Positions 1-14,386 of a stretch of DNA of 64,000 nt are shown here, piece after piece. Below the pieces are notes generated by a model. It made no database searches, was not told the origin of the DNA, and saw only the letters and a list, made by a program, of their open reading frames with translations. Location of the stretch: NCBI GenBank assembly GCA_964016885.1, contig OZ024744.1:23436001-23500000 (forward strand), given 5' to 3'. Made by a program: the position numbers and the translations under genes. Source of the stretch: Eledone cirrhosa. Lineage: Eukaryota. How positions within the stretch are numbered: position 1 is the first letter of the stretch; every line of letters starts with the position of its first letter.

Positions 1-897
1 CTCGTTTTAACAAGAGCTGAATCTTAAGATAAAACTCGTTTTACAACAGTTGAATCTTAAGAACTGACTCGTTTTATCAACAGTTCAACCTTAAGAAGTG
101 ACTCATCTTAACAACAGTTGAATCTTCAAATAAAACTCGTTTTAACAACAGTTGAATCTTTAGAACTGATTCCTTTTAACAACAGCTGAATCTTAAGATA
201 AAACTCGTTTTAACAACAGTTGAATCTTAAGATAAAATTCGTTTTAACAACAGTTGAATCTTAAGAACTGATTCGTTTTAACAACAGCTGAATCTTAAGA
301 TAAAACTCGTTTTAACAACAGTTGAATCTTAAGGTAAAATTCGTTTTAACAACAGTTGAATCTTAAGATAAAACTCGTTTTAACAACAGTTGAATCTTAA
401 GATAAAACTCGTTTTAACAACAGTTGAATCTTAAGAACTGACTCATTTTAACAACAGTTGAATCTTAAGATAAAACTCGTTTTAACAACAGTTGAATCTT
501 AAGAACTGACTCGTTTTATCAACAGTTCAACCTTAAGCACTGACTCGATTTAACAACAGTTGAATCTTCAAATAAAACTCGTTTTAACAACAGTTGATTC
601 TTCAGAACTGACTCGTTTTAACAACAGTTGAATCTTAAGATAAAACTCGTTTTAACAACAGTTGAATCTTAAGAACTGACTCATTTTAACAACAGCTGAA
701 TCTTTAGATAAAACTCGTTTTAACAACAGTTGAATCTTAAGAACTGACTCGTTTTATCAACAGTTCAACCTTAAGAACTGACTCGTTTTAACAACAGTTG
801 AATCCTCAAATAAAACTCGTTTTAACAACAGTTGAATCTTAAGAACTGACTCATTTTAACAACAGTTGAATCTTAAGATAAAACTCGTTTTAACAAG

Positions 898-3800
898 AGT
901 TGAATCTTAAGAACTGACTCGTTTTAACAACGGCTGAATTTTAAGATAAACTCGTTTTAACAACAGTTGAATCTTAAGAACTGACTCGTTTTAACAACAG
1001 CTAAATCTTAAGATAAAACTCGTTTTAACAACAGTTGAATCTTAAGAACTGACTCGTTTTATCAACAGTTCAACCTTAAGAACTGACTCATCTTAACAAC
1101 AGTTGAATCTTCAAATAAAATTTGTTTTAACAACAGTTGAATCTTAAGAACTGACTCGTTTTAACAACAGTTGAATCTTAAGATAAAACTCGTTTTAACA
1201 ACAGTTGAATCTTAAGAACTGACTCATTTTAACAACAGCTGAATCTTAAGATAAAACTCGTTTTAACAACAGTTGAATCTTAAGATAAAATTCGTTTTAA
1301 CAACTGTTGAATCTTAAGAACTGACTCGTTTTAACAACAGCTGAATCTTAAGATAAAACTCGTTTTAACAACAGTTGAATCTTAAGAACTGACTCGTTTT
1401 ATCAACAGTTCAACCTTAAGCACTGACTCGTTTTAACAACAGTTGAATCTTCAAATAAAACTCGTTTTAACAACAGTTGATTCTTCAGAACTGACTCGTT
1501 TTAACAACAGTTGAATCTTAAGATAAAACTCGTTTTAACAACAGTTGAATCTTAAGAACTGACTCATATTAACAACAGCTGAATCTTTAGATAAATCTCG
1601 TTTTAACAACAGTTGAATCTTAAGAACTGACTCGTTTTAGCAACAGTTGAATCCTCAAATAAAACTCGTTTTAACAACAGTTGAATCATAAGAACTGACT
1701 CGTTTTAACAACAGTTGAATCTTAAGATAAAACTCGTTTTAACAACAGTTGAATCTTAAGAACTGATTCATTTTAACAACAGTTGAATCTTAAGAACTGA
1801 TTCGTTTTAACAACAGTTGAATCTTCAGATAAAACTCGTTTTAACTACAGTTGAATCTTAAGAACTGACTAGTTTTAACAACAGTTGAATCTTAAGATAA
1901 AACTCGTTTTAACAACAGTTGAATCTTAAGAACTGGCTCATTTTAACAATAGTTGAATCTTAAGAACTGATTCGTTTTAACAACAGTTGAATCTTAAGAT
2001 AAAACTCGTTTTAACAACAGTTGAATCTTAAGAACTGACTCGTTTTAACAAGAGCTGAATCTTAAGATAAAACTCGTTTTACAACAGTTGAATCTTAAGA
2101 ACTGACTCGTTTTATCAACAGTTCAACCTTAAGAAGTGACTCATCTTAACAACAGTTGAATCTTCAAATAAAACTCGTTTTATCAACAGTTGAATCTTTA
2201 GAACTGATTCCTTTTAACAACAGCTGAATCTTAAGATAAAACTCGTTTTAACAACAGTTGAATCTTAAGATAAAATTCGTTTTAACAACAGTTGAATCTT
2301 AAGAACTGACTCGTTTTAACAACAGCTGAATCTTAAGATAAAACTCGTTTTAACAACAGCTGAATCTTAAGAACTGACTCGTTTTATCAACAGTTCAACC
2401 TTAAGCACTGACTCGTTTTAACAACAGTTGAATCTTCAAATAAAACTCGTTTTAACAACAGTTGAATCTTCAAATAAAACTCGTTTTAACAACAGTTGAT
2501 TCTTCAGAACTGACTCGTTTTAACAACAGGTGAATCTTAAGATAAAACTCGTTTTAACAACAGTTGAATCTTAAGAACTGACTCATTTTAACAACAGCTG
2601 AATCTCTAGATAAAACTCGTTTTAACAACAGTTGAATCTTAAGAACTGACTCGTTTTATCAACAGTTCAACCTTAAGAACTGACTCTTTTTAACAACAGT
2701 TGAATCCTCAAATAAAACTCGTTTTAACAACAGTTGAATCTTAAGAACTGACTCATTTTAACAACAGTTGAATCTTAAGATAAAACTTGTTTTAACAACA
2801 GTTGAATCTTAAGAACTGACTCGTTTTAACAACGGCTGAATTTTAAGATAAACTCGTTTTAACAACAGTTGAATCTTAAGAACTGACTCGTTTTAACAAC
2901 AGCTAAATCTTAAGATAAAACTCGTTTTAACAACAGTTGAATCTTAAGAACTGACTCGTTTTATCAGCAGTTCAACCTTAAGAACTGACTCATGTTAACA
3001 ACAGTTGAATCTTCAAATAAAATTCGTTTTAACAACAGTTGAATCTTAAGATAAAAGTCGTTTTAACAACAGTTGAATCTTAAGGTAAAATTCGTTTTAA
3101 CAACAGTTGAATCTTAAGAACTGACTCGTTTTAACAACAGCTGAATCTTAAGATAAAACTCGTTTTAACAACAGTTGAATCTTAAGAACTGACTCGTTTT
3201 ATCAACAGTTCAACCTTAAGCACTGACTCGTTTTAACAACAGTTGAATCTTCAAATAAAACTCGTTTTAACAACAGTTGAATCTTAAGAACTGACTCGTT
3301 TTAACAACAGCTATATCTTAAGATAAAACTCGTTTTAACAACAGTTGAATCTTAAGAACTGACTCGTTTTATCAACAGTTCAACCTTAAGAACTGACTCA
3401 TCTTAACAACAGTTGAATCTTCAAATAAAATTCGTTTTAACAACAGTTGAATCTTAAGAACTGACTCGTTTTAACAACAGTTGAATCTTAAGAACTGACT
3501 CATTTTAACAACAGCTGAATCTTAAGATAAAACTCGTTTTAACAACAGTTGAATCTTAAGATAACATTCGTTTTAACAACAGTTGAATCTTAAGAACTGA
3601 TTCGTTTTAACAACAGCTGAATCTTAAGATAAAACTCGTTTTAACAACAGTTGAATCTTAAGAACTGACTCGTTTTATCAACAGTTCAAGCTTAAGCACT
3701 GACTCGTTTTAACAACAGTTGAATCTTCAAATAAAACTCGTTTTAACAACAGTTGATTCTTCAGAACTGACTCGTTTTAACAAGAGTTGAATCTTAAGAT

Positions 3801-6800
3801 AAAACTCGTTTTAACAACAGTTGAATCTTAAGAACTCACTCATTTTAACAACAGCTGAATCTCTAGATAAAACTCGTTTTAACAACAGTTGAATCTTAAG
3901 AACTGACTCGTTTTATCAACAGTTGAATCTTAAGAACTGACTCGTTTTATCAACAGTTCAACCTTAAGAACTGACTCGTTTTAACAACAGTTGAATCCTC
4001 AAATAAAACTCGTTTTAACAACAGTTGAATCTTAAGAACTGACTCATTTTAACAACAGTTGAATCTTAAGATAAAACTCGTTTTAACAACAGTTGAATCT
4101 TCAGAACTGACTCGTTTTAACAACGGCTGAATTTTAAGATAAACTCGTTTTAACAACAGTTGAATCTTAAGAACTGACTCGTTTTATTAGCAGTTCAACC
4201 TTAAGAACTGACTCATCTTAACAACAGTTGAATCTTCAAATAAAATTCGTTTTAACAACAGTTGAATCTTAAGAACTGATTCGTTTTAACAACAGCTGAA
4301 TCTTAAGATAAAACTCGTTTTAACAACAGTTGAATCTTAAGGTAAAATTCGTTTTAACAACAGTTGAATCTTAAGAACTGACTCGTTTTAACAACAGCTG
4401 AATCTTAAGATAAAACTCGTTTTAACAACAGTTGAATCTTAAGAACTGACTCGTTTTATCAACAGTTCAACCTTAAGCACTGACTCGTTTTAACAACAGT
4501 TGAATCTTAAGAACTGACTCGTTTTAACAACGGCTGAATTTTAAGATAAACTCGTTTTAACAACAGTTGAATCTTAAGAACTGACTCGTTTTAACAACAG
4601 CTAAATCTTAAGATAAAACTCGTTTTAACAACAGTTGAATCTTAAGAACTAACTCGTTTTATCAACAGTTCAACCTTAAGAACTGACTCATCTTAACAAC
4701 AGTTGAATCTTCAAATAAAATTTGTTTTAACAACAGTTGAATCTTAAGAACTGACTCGTTTTAACAACAGTTGAATCTTAAGATAAAACTCGTTTTAACA
4801 ACAGTTGAATCTTAAGAACTGACTCATTTTAACAACAGCTGAATCTTAAGATAAAACTCGTTTTAACAACAGTTGAATCTTAAGATAAAATTCGTTTTAA
4901 CAACTGTTAAATCTTAAGAACTGACTCGTTTTAACAACAGCTGAATCTTAAGATAAAACTCGTTTTAACAACAGTTGAATCTTAAGAACTGACTCGTTTT
5001 ATCAACAGTTCAACCTTAAGCACTGACTCGTTTTAACAACAGTTGAATCTTCAAATAAAACTCGTTTTAACAACAGTTGATTCTTCAGAACTGACTCGTT
5101 TTAACAACAGTTGAATCTTAAGATAAAACTCGTTTTAACAACAGTTGAATCTTAAGAACTGACTCATATTAACAACAGCTGAATCTTTAGATAAATCTCG
5201 TTTTAACAACAGTTGAATCTTAAGAACTGACTCGTTTTAACAACAGTTGAATCCTCAAATAAAACTCGTTTTAACAACAGTTGAATCATAAGAACTGACT
5301 CGTTTTAACAACAGTTGAATCTTAAGATAAAACTCGTTTTAACAACAGTTGAATCTTAAGAACTGACTCATTTTAACAACAGTTGAATCTTAAGAACTGA
5401 TTCGTTTTAACAACAGTTGAATCTTCAGATAAAACTCGTTTTAACTACAGTTGAATCTTAAGAACTGACTAGTTTTAACAACAGTTGAATCTTAAGATAA
5501 AACTCGTTTTAACAACAGTTGAATCTTAAGAACTGGCTCATTTTAACAATAGTTGAATCTTAAGAACTGATTCGTTTTAACAACAGTTGAATCTTAAGAT
5601 AAAACTCGTTTTAACAACAGTTGAATCTTAAGAACTGACTCGTTTTAACAAGAGCTGAATCTTAAGATAAAACTCGTTTTACAACAGTTGAATCTTAAGA
5701 ACTGACTCGTTTTATCAACAGTTCAACCTTAAGAAGTGACTCATCTTAACAACAGTTGAATCTTCAAATAAAACTCGTTTTATCAACAGTTGAATCTTTA
5801 GAACTGATTCCTTTTAACAACAGCTGAATCTTAAGATAAAACTCGTTTTAACAACAGTTGAATCTTAAGATAAAATTCGTTTTAACAACAGTTGAATCTT
5901 AAGAACTGACTCGTTTTAACAACAGCTGAATCTTAAGATAAAACTCGTTTTAACAACAGCTGAATCTTAAGAACTGACTCGTTTTATCAACAGTTCAACC
6001 TTAAGCACTGACTCGTTTTAACAACAGTTGAATCTTCAAATAAAACTCGTTTTAACAACAGTTGATTCTTCAGAACTGACTCGTTTTAACAACAGGTGAA
6101 TCTTAAGATAAAACTCGTTTTAACAACAGTTGAATCTTAAGAACTGACTCATTTTAACAACAGCTGAATCTCTAGATAAAACTCGTTTTAACAACAGTTG
6201 AATCTTAAGAACTGACTCGTTTTATCAACAGTTCAACCTTAAGAACTGACTCTTTTTAACAACAGTTGAATCCTCAAATAAAACTCGTTTTAACAACAGT
6301 TGAATCTTAAGAACTGACTCATTTTAACAAAAGTTGAATCTTAAGATAAAACTTGTTTTAACAACAGTTGAATCTTAAGAACTGACTCGTTTTAACAACG
6401 GCTGAATTTTAAGATAAACTCGTTTTAACAACAGTTGAATCTTAAGAACTGACTCGTTTTAACAACAGCTAAATCTTAAGATAAAACTCGTTTTAACAAC
6501 AGTTGAATCTTAAGAACTGACTCGTTTTATCAGCAGTTCAACCTTAAGAACTGACTCATGTTAACAACAGTTGAATCTTCAAATAAAATTCGTTTTAACA
6601 ACAGTTGAATCTTAAGATAAAAGTCGTTTTAACAACAGTTGAATCTTAAGGTAAAATTCGTTTTAACAACAGTTGAATCTTAAGAACTGACTCGTTTTAA
6701 CAACAGCTGAATCTTAAGATAAAATTCGTTTTAACAACAGTTGAATCTTAAGAACTGACTCGTTTTATCAACAGTTCAACCTTAAGCACTGACTCGTTTT

Positions 6801-8074
6801 AACAACAGTTGAATCTTCAAATAAAACTCGTTTTAACAACAGTTGAATCTTAAGAACTGACTCGTTTTAACAACAGCTATATCTTAAGATAAAACTCGTT
6901 TTAACAACAGTTGAATCTTAAGAACTGACTCGTTTTATCAACAGTTCAACCTTAAGAACTGACTCATCTTAACAACAGTTGAATCTTCAAATAAAATTCG
7001 TTTTAACAACAGTTGAATCTTAAGAACTGACTCGTTTTAACAACAGTTGAATCTTAAGAACTGACTCATTTTAACAACAGCTGAATCTTAAGATAAAACT
7101 CGTTTTAACAACAGTTGAATCTTAAGATAACATTCGTTTTAACAACAGTTGAATCTTAAGAACTGACTCGTTTTAACAACAGCTGAATCTTAAGATAAAA
7201 CTCGTTTTAACAACAGTTGAATCTTAAGAACTGACTCGTTTTATCAACAGTTCAAGCTTAAGCACTGACTCGTTTTAACAACAGTTGAATCTTCAAATAA
7301 AACTCGTTTTAACAACAGTTGATTCTTCAGAACTGACTCGTTTTAACAAGAGTTGAATCTTAAGATAAAACTCGTTTTAACAACAGTTGAATCTTAAGAA
7401 CTCACTCATTTTAACAACAGCTGAATCTCTAGATAAAACTCGTTTTAACAACAGTTGAATCTTAAGAACTGACTCGTTTTATCAACAGTTGAATCTTAAG
7501 AACTGACTCGTTTTATCAACAGTTCAACCTTAAGAACTGACTCGTTTTAACAACAGTTGAATCCTCAAATAAAACTCGTTTTAACAACAGTTGAATCTTA
7601 AGAACTGACTCATTTTAACAACAGTTGAATCTTAAGATAAAACTCGTTTTAACAACAGTTGAATCTTCAGAACTGACTCGTTTTAACAACGGCTGAATTT
7701 TAAGATAAACTCGTTTTAACAACAGTTGAATCTTAAGAACTGACTCGTTTTATTAGCAGTTCAACCTTAAGAACTGACTCATCTTAACAACAGTTGAATC
7801 TTCAAATAAAATTCGTTTTAACAACAGTTGAATCTTAAGAACTGATTCGTTTTAACAACAGCTGAATCTTAAGATAAAACTCGTTTTAACAACAGTTGAA
7901 TCTTAAGGTAAAATTCGTTTTAACAACAGTTGAATCTTAAGAACTGACTCGTTTTAACAACAGCTGAATCTTAAGATAAAACTCGTTTTAACAACAGTTG
8001 AATCTTAAGAACTGACTCGTTTTATCAACAGTTCAACCTTAAGCACTGACTCGTTTTAACAACAGTTGAATCTT
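898..8074. repeat. Tandem duplication, units of 3600 bp and 3566 bp
   Basis: Lines 901-2401 match lines 4501-6001 in register. After one extra C-type monomer in copy 1 (~2460) the offset becomes 3566 (marker CAGGTG, GG at 2529 vs 6095). Confidence 0.92.
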
Positions 8075-8311
8075 CAAATAAAACTCGTTTTAACAACAGT
8101 TGAATCTTAAGAACTGACTCATTATAACAACAGTTGAATCTTAAGATAAAACTCGTTTTAACAACAGTTGAATCTTAAGAACTGACTCGTTTTAACAACA
8201 GTTCAACCTTAAGAACTGACTCGTTTTAACAACAGTTGAATCTTAAGATAAAACTCGTTTTAACAACAGTTGAATCTTAAGAACTGACTCATTTTAACAA
8301 CAGTTGAATCT

Positions 8312-11300
8312 TAAGAACTGATTCGTTTTAACAACAGTTGAATCTTAAGAACTGACTCGTTTTAACAACAGTTGAATCTTCAAATAAAACTCGTTTTAAC
8401 TACAGTTGAATCTTAAGAACTGATTCGTTTTAACAACAGCTGAATCGTAAGATAAAACTCGTTTTAACAACAGTTGAATCTTAAGATAAAATTCGTTTCA
8501 ACAACAGTTGAATCTTAAGAACTGACTCGTTTTAACAACAGCTGAATCTTAAGATAAAACTCGTTTTATCAACAGTTCAACCTTAAGAACTGACTCGTTT
8601 TAACAACAGTTGAATCCTCAAATAAAACTCGTTTTAACAACAGTTGAATCTTAAGAACTGACTCGTTTTAACAACAGTTGAATCTTAAGATAAAACTCGT
8701 TTTAACAACAGTTGAATCCTAAGAACTGACTTATTTTAACAACAGTTGAATCTTAAGATAAAACTCGTTTTAACAACAGTTGAATCTTAAGAACTGACTC
8801 GTTTTAAGAACAGTTCAACCTTAAGAACTGACTCGTTTTAACAACAGTTGAATATTCAAATAAAACTCGTTTTAACTACAGTTGAATCTTAAGAACTGAC
8901 TCGTTTTAACAACAGTTGAATCTTAAGATAAAACTCGTTTTAACAACAGTTGAATCTTAAGAACTGACTCATATTAACAACAGTTGAATCTTAAGAACTG
9001 ATTCGTTTTAACAACAGTTGAATCTTAAGATTAAACTGGTTTTAACAACAGTTGAATCTTAAGAACTGACTCGTTTTAACAACAGCTGAATCTTAAGATA
9101 AAACTCGTTTTACAACAGTTGAATCTTAAGAACTGACTCGTTTTATCAACAGTTCAACCTTAAGAACTGACTCATTTTAACAACAGTTGAATCTTCAAAT
9201 AAAACTCGTTTTAACAACAGTTGATTCTTCAGAACTGACTCGTTTTAACAACAGTTGAATCTTAAGATAAAACTCGTTTTAACAACAGTTGAATCTTAAG
9301 AACTGACTCATTTTAACAACAGTTGAATCTTAAGAACTGATTCGTTTTAACAACAGTTGAATCTTCAGATAAAACTCGTTTTAACTACAGTTGAATCTTA
9401 AGAACTGACTCGTTTTAACAACAGTTGAATCTTAAGATAAAACTCGTTTTAACAACAGTTGAATCTTAAGAACTGACTCGTTTTAATAACAGCTGAATCT
9501 TAAGATAAAACTCGTTTTACAACAGTTGAATCTTAAGAACTGACTCGTTTTATCAACAGTTCAACCTAACGAACTGACTCATCTTAACAACAGTTGAATC
9601 TTCAAATAAAACTCGTTTTAACAACAGTTGAATCTTAAGAACTGATTCGTTTTAACAACAGCTGAATCTTAAGATAAAACTCGTTTTAACAACAGTTGAA
9701 TCTTAAGAACTGACTCGTTTTATGAACAGTTCAACCTTAAGAACTGACTCGTTTTAAAAACAGTTGAATCCTCAAATAAAACTCGTTTTAACAACAGTTG
9801 AATCTTAAGAACTGACTCATTTTAACAACAGTTGAATCTTAAGATAAAACTCGTTTTAACAACAGTTGAATCTTAAGAACTGACTCGTTTTAACAACGGC
9901 TGAATTTTAAGATAAAACTCGTTTTAACAACAGTTGAATCTTAAGAACTGACTCGTTTTATCAACAGTTCAACCTTAAGCACTGACTCGTTTTAACAACA
10001 GTTGAATCTTCAAATAAAACTCGTTTTAACAACAGTTGAATCTTAAGAACTGACTCATTTTAACAACAGTTGAATCTTAAGATAAAACTCGTTTTAACAA
10101 CAGTTGAATCTTAAGAACTGACTCGTTTTAACAACAGTTGAATCATAAGAACTGATTCGTTTTAACAACAGTTGAATCTTAAGAACTGACTCGTTTTAAC
10201 AACAGTTGAATCTTCAAATAAAACTCGTTTTAACTACAGTTGAATCTTAAGAACTGATTCGTTTTAACAACAGCTGAATCGTAAGATAAAACTCGTTTTA
10301 ACAACAGTTGAATCTTAAGATAAAATTCGTTTCAACAACAGTTGAATCTTAAGAACTGACTCGTTTTAACAACAGCTGAATCTTAAGATAAAACTCGTTT
10401 TATCAACAGTTCAACCTTAAGAACTGACTCGTTTTAACAACAGTTGAATCCTCAAATAAAACTCGTTTTAACAACAGTTGAATCTTAAGAACTGACTCGT
10501 TTTAACAACAGTTGAATCTTAAGATAAAACTCGTTTTAACAACAGTTGAATCCTAAGAACTGACTTATTTTAACAACAGTTGAATCTTAAGATAAAACTC
10601 GTTTTAACAACAGTTGAATCTTAAGAACTGACTCGTTTTAAGAACAGTTCAACCTTAAGAACTGACTCGTTTTAACAACAGTTGAATCTTCAAATATAAC
10701 TCGTTTTAACTACAGTTGAATCTTAAGAACTGACTCGTTTTAACAACAGTTGAATCTTAAGATAAAACTCGTTTTAACAACAGTTGAATCTTAAGAACTG
10801 ACTCATATTAACAACAGTTGAATCTTAAGAACTGATTCGTTTTAACAACAGTTGAATCTTAAGATTAAACTGGTTTTAACAACAGTTGAATCTTAAGAAC
10901 TGACTCGTTTTAACAACAGCTGAATCTTAAGATAAAACTCGTTTTACAACAGTTGAATCTTAAGAACTGACTCGTTTTATCAACAGTTCAACCTTAAGAA
11001 CTGACTCATTTTAACAACAGTTGAATCTTCAAATAAAACTCGTTTTAACAACAGTTGATTCTTCAGAACTGACTCGTTTTAACAACAGTTGAATCTTAAG
11101 ATAAAACTCGTTTTAACAACAGTTGAATCTTAAGAACTGACTCATTTTAACAACAGTTGAATCTTAAGAACTGATTCGTTTTAACAACAGTTGAATCTTC
11201 AGATAAAACTCGTTTTAACTACAGTTGAATCTTAAGAACTGACTCGTTTTAACAACAGTTGAATCTTAAGATAAAACTCGTTTTAACAACAGTTGAATCT

Positions 11301-11591
11301 TAAGAACTGACTCGTTTTAATAACAGCTGAATCTTAAGATAAAACTCGTTTTACAACAGTTGAATCTTAAGAACTGACTCGTTTTATCAACAGTTCAACC
11401 TTAAGAACTGACTCATCTTAACAACAGTTGAATCTTCAAATAAAACTCGTTTTAACAACAGTTGAATCTTAAGAACTGATTCGTTTTAACAACAGCTGAA
11501 TCTTAAGATAAAACTCGTTTTAACAACAGTTGAATCTTAAGAACTGACTCGTTTTATGAACAGTTCAACCTTAAGAACTGACTCGTTTTAA
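8312..11591. repeat. Direct duplication, offset 1834 bp (54 monomers): ~8312-9757 vs ~10146-11591
   Basis: Markers TGAATCGTAA at 8441/10275, TTAAACTGG at 9031/10865 and TATGAAC at 9721/11555. Confidence 0.88.
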
Positions 11592-14386
11592 CAACAGTGG
11601 AATCTTCAAATAAAACTCGTTTTAACAACAGTTGATTCTTCAGAACTGACTCGTTTTAACAACAGTTGAATCTTAAGATAAAACTCGTTTTAACAACAGT
11701 TGAATCTTAAGAACTGACTCATTTTAACAACAGCTGAATCTCTAGATAAAACTCGTTATAACAACAGTTGAATCTTAAGGTAAAATTCGTTTTAACAACA
11801 GTTGAATCTTAAGAACTGACTCGTTTTAACAACAGCTGAATCTTAAGATAAAACTCGTTTTAACAACAGTTGAATCTTAAGAACTGACTCGTTTTATCAA
11901 CAGTTCAACCTTAAGCACTGACTCGTTTTAACAACAGTTGAATCTTCAAATAAAACTCGTTTTAACAACAGTTGAATCTTAAGAACTGACTCATTTTAAC
12001 AACAGTTGAATCTTAAGATAAAACTCGTTTTAACAACAGTTGAATCTTAAGAACTGACTCGTTTTAACAACAGTTCAACCTTAAGAACTGACTCGTTTTA
12101 ACAACAGTTGAATCTTAAGATGAAACTCGTTTTAACAACAGTTGAATCTTAAGAACTGACTCATTTTAACAACAGTTGAATCTTAAGAACTGATTCGTTT
12201 TAACAACAGTTGACTCTTAAGAACTGATTCGTTTTAACAACAGCTGAATCTTAAGATAAAACTCGTTTTAACAACAGTTGAATCTTAAGATGAAATTCGT
12301 TTTAACAACAGTTGAATCTTAAGAACTGACTCGTTTTAACAACAGCTGAATCTTAAGATAAAACTCGTTTTAACAACAGTTGATTCTTAAGAACTGACTC
12401 GTTTTATCAACAGTTCAACCTTAAGAACTGACTCGTTTTAACAACAGTTGAATCCTCAAATAAAACTCGTTTTAACAACAGTTGAATCTTAAGAACTGAC
12501 TCGTTATAACAACAGTTGAATCTTAAGAACTGACTCGTTTTAACAACAGTTCAACCTTAAGAACTGACTCGTTTTGACAACAGTTGAATCTTAAGAACTG
12601 ACTCGTTTTAACAACAGTTCAACCTTAAGAACTGACTCGTTTTAACAACAGTTGAATCTTAAGAACTGACTCGTTTTAACAACAGTTCAACCTTAAGAAC
12701 TGACTCGTTTTAACAACAGTTGAATCTTCAAATAAAACTCGTTTTAACTACAGTTGAATCTTAAGAACTGACTCGTTTTAACAACAGTTGAATCTTAAGA
12801 TAAAACTCGTTTTAACAACAGTTGAATCTTAAGAACTGACTCATTTTAACAACAGTTGAATCTTAAGAACTGATTCGTTTTAACAACAGTTGAATCTTAA
12901 GATAAAACTCGTTTTAACAACAGTTGAATCTTAAGAACTGACTCGTTTTAACAACAGCTGAATCTTAAGATAAAACTCGTTTTACAACAGTTGAATCTTA
13001 AGAACTGACTCGTTTTATCAACAGTTCAACCTTAAGCACTGACTCGTTTTAACAACAGTTGAATCTTCAAATAAAACTCGTTTTAACAACAGTTGATTCT
13101 TCAGAACTGACTCGTTTTAACAACAGTTGAATCTTAAGATAAAACTCGTTTTAACAACAGTTGAATCTTAAGAACTGACTCATTTTAACAACAGCTGAAT
13201 CTTTAGATAAAACTCGTTTTAACAACAGTTGAATCTTAAGAACTGACTCGTTTTATCAACAGTTCAACCTTAAGAACTGACTCATTTTAACAACAGTTGA
13301 ATCTTCAAATAAAACTCGTTTTAACAACAGTTGATTCTTCAGAACTGACTCGTTTTAACAACAGTTGAATCTTAAGATAAAACTCGTTTTAACAACAGTT
13401 GAATCTTAAGAACTGACTCATTTTAACAACAGCTGAATCTTTAGATAAAACTCGTTTTAACAACAGTTGAATCTTAAGAACTGACTCGTTTTAACAACAG
13501 TTTAATCCTCAAATAAAACTCGTTTTAACAACAGTCGAATCTTAATAACTGACTCGTTTTAACAACAGTTGAATCTTAAGATAAAACTCGTTTTAACAAC
13601 AGTTGAATCTTAAGAACTGACTCATTTTAACAACAGTTGAATCTTAAGAACTGATTCGTTTTAACAACAGTTGAATCTTCAGATAAAACTCGTTTTAACT
13701 ACAGTTGAATCTTAAGAACTGACTAGTTTTAACAACAGTTGAATCTTAAGATAAAACTCGTTTTAACAACAGTTGAATCTTAAGAACTGGCTCATTTTAA
13801 CAACAGTTGAATCTTAAGAACTGATTCGTTTTAACAACAGTTGAATCTTAAGATAAAACTCGTTTTAACAACAGTTGAATCTTAAGAACTGACTCGTTTT
13901 AATAACAGTTGAATCTTCAAATAAAACTCGTTTTAACAACAGTTGAATCTTAAGAACTGACTCGTTTTAACAACAGCTGAATCTTAAGATAAAACTCTTT
14001 TTAACAACAGTTGAATCTTAAGAACTGACTCGTTTTATCAACAGTTCAACCTTAAGCACTGACTCGTTTTAACAACAGTTGAATCTTCAAATAAAACTCG
14101 TTTTAACAACAGTTGATTCTTCAGAACTGACTCGTTTTAACAACAGTTGAATCTTAAGATAAAACTCGTTTTAACAACAGTTGAATCTTAAGAACTGACT
14201 CGTTTTAATAACAGTTGAATCTTAAGATAAAACTCGTTTTAACAACAGTTGAATCTTAAGAACTGACTCGTTTTAACAACAGCTGAATCTTAAGATAAAA
14301 CTCTTTTTAACAACAGTTGAATCTTAAGAACTGACTCGTTTTATCAACAGTTCAACCTTAAGCACTGACTCGTTTTAACAACAGTG

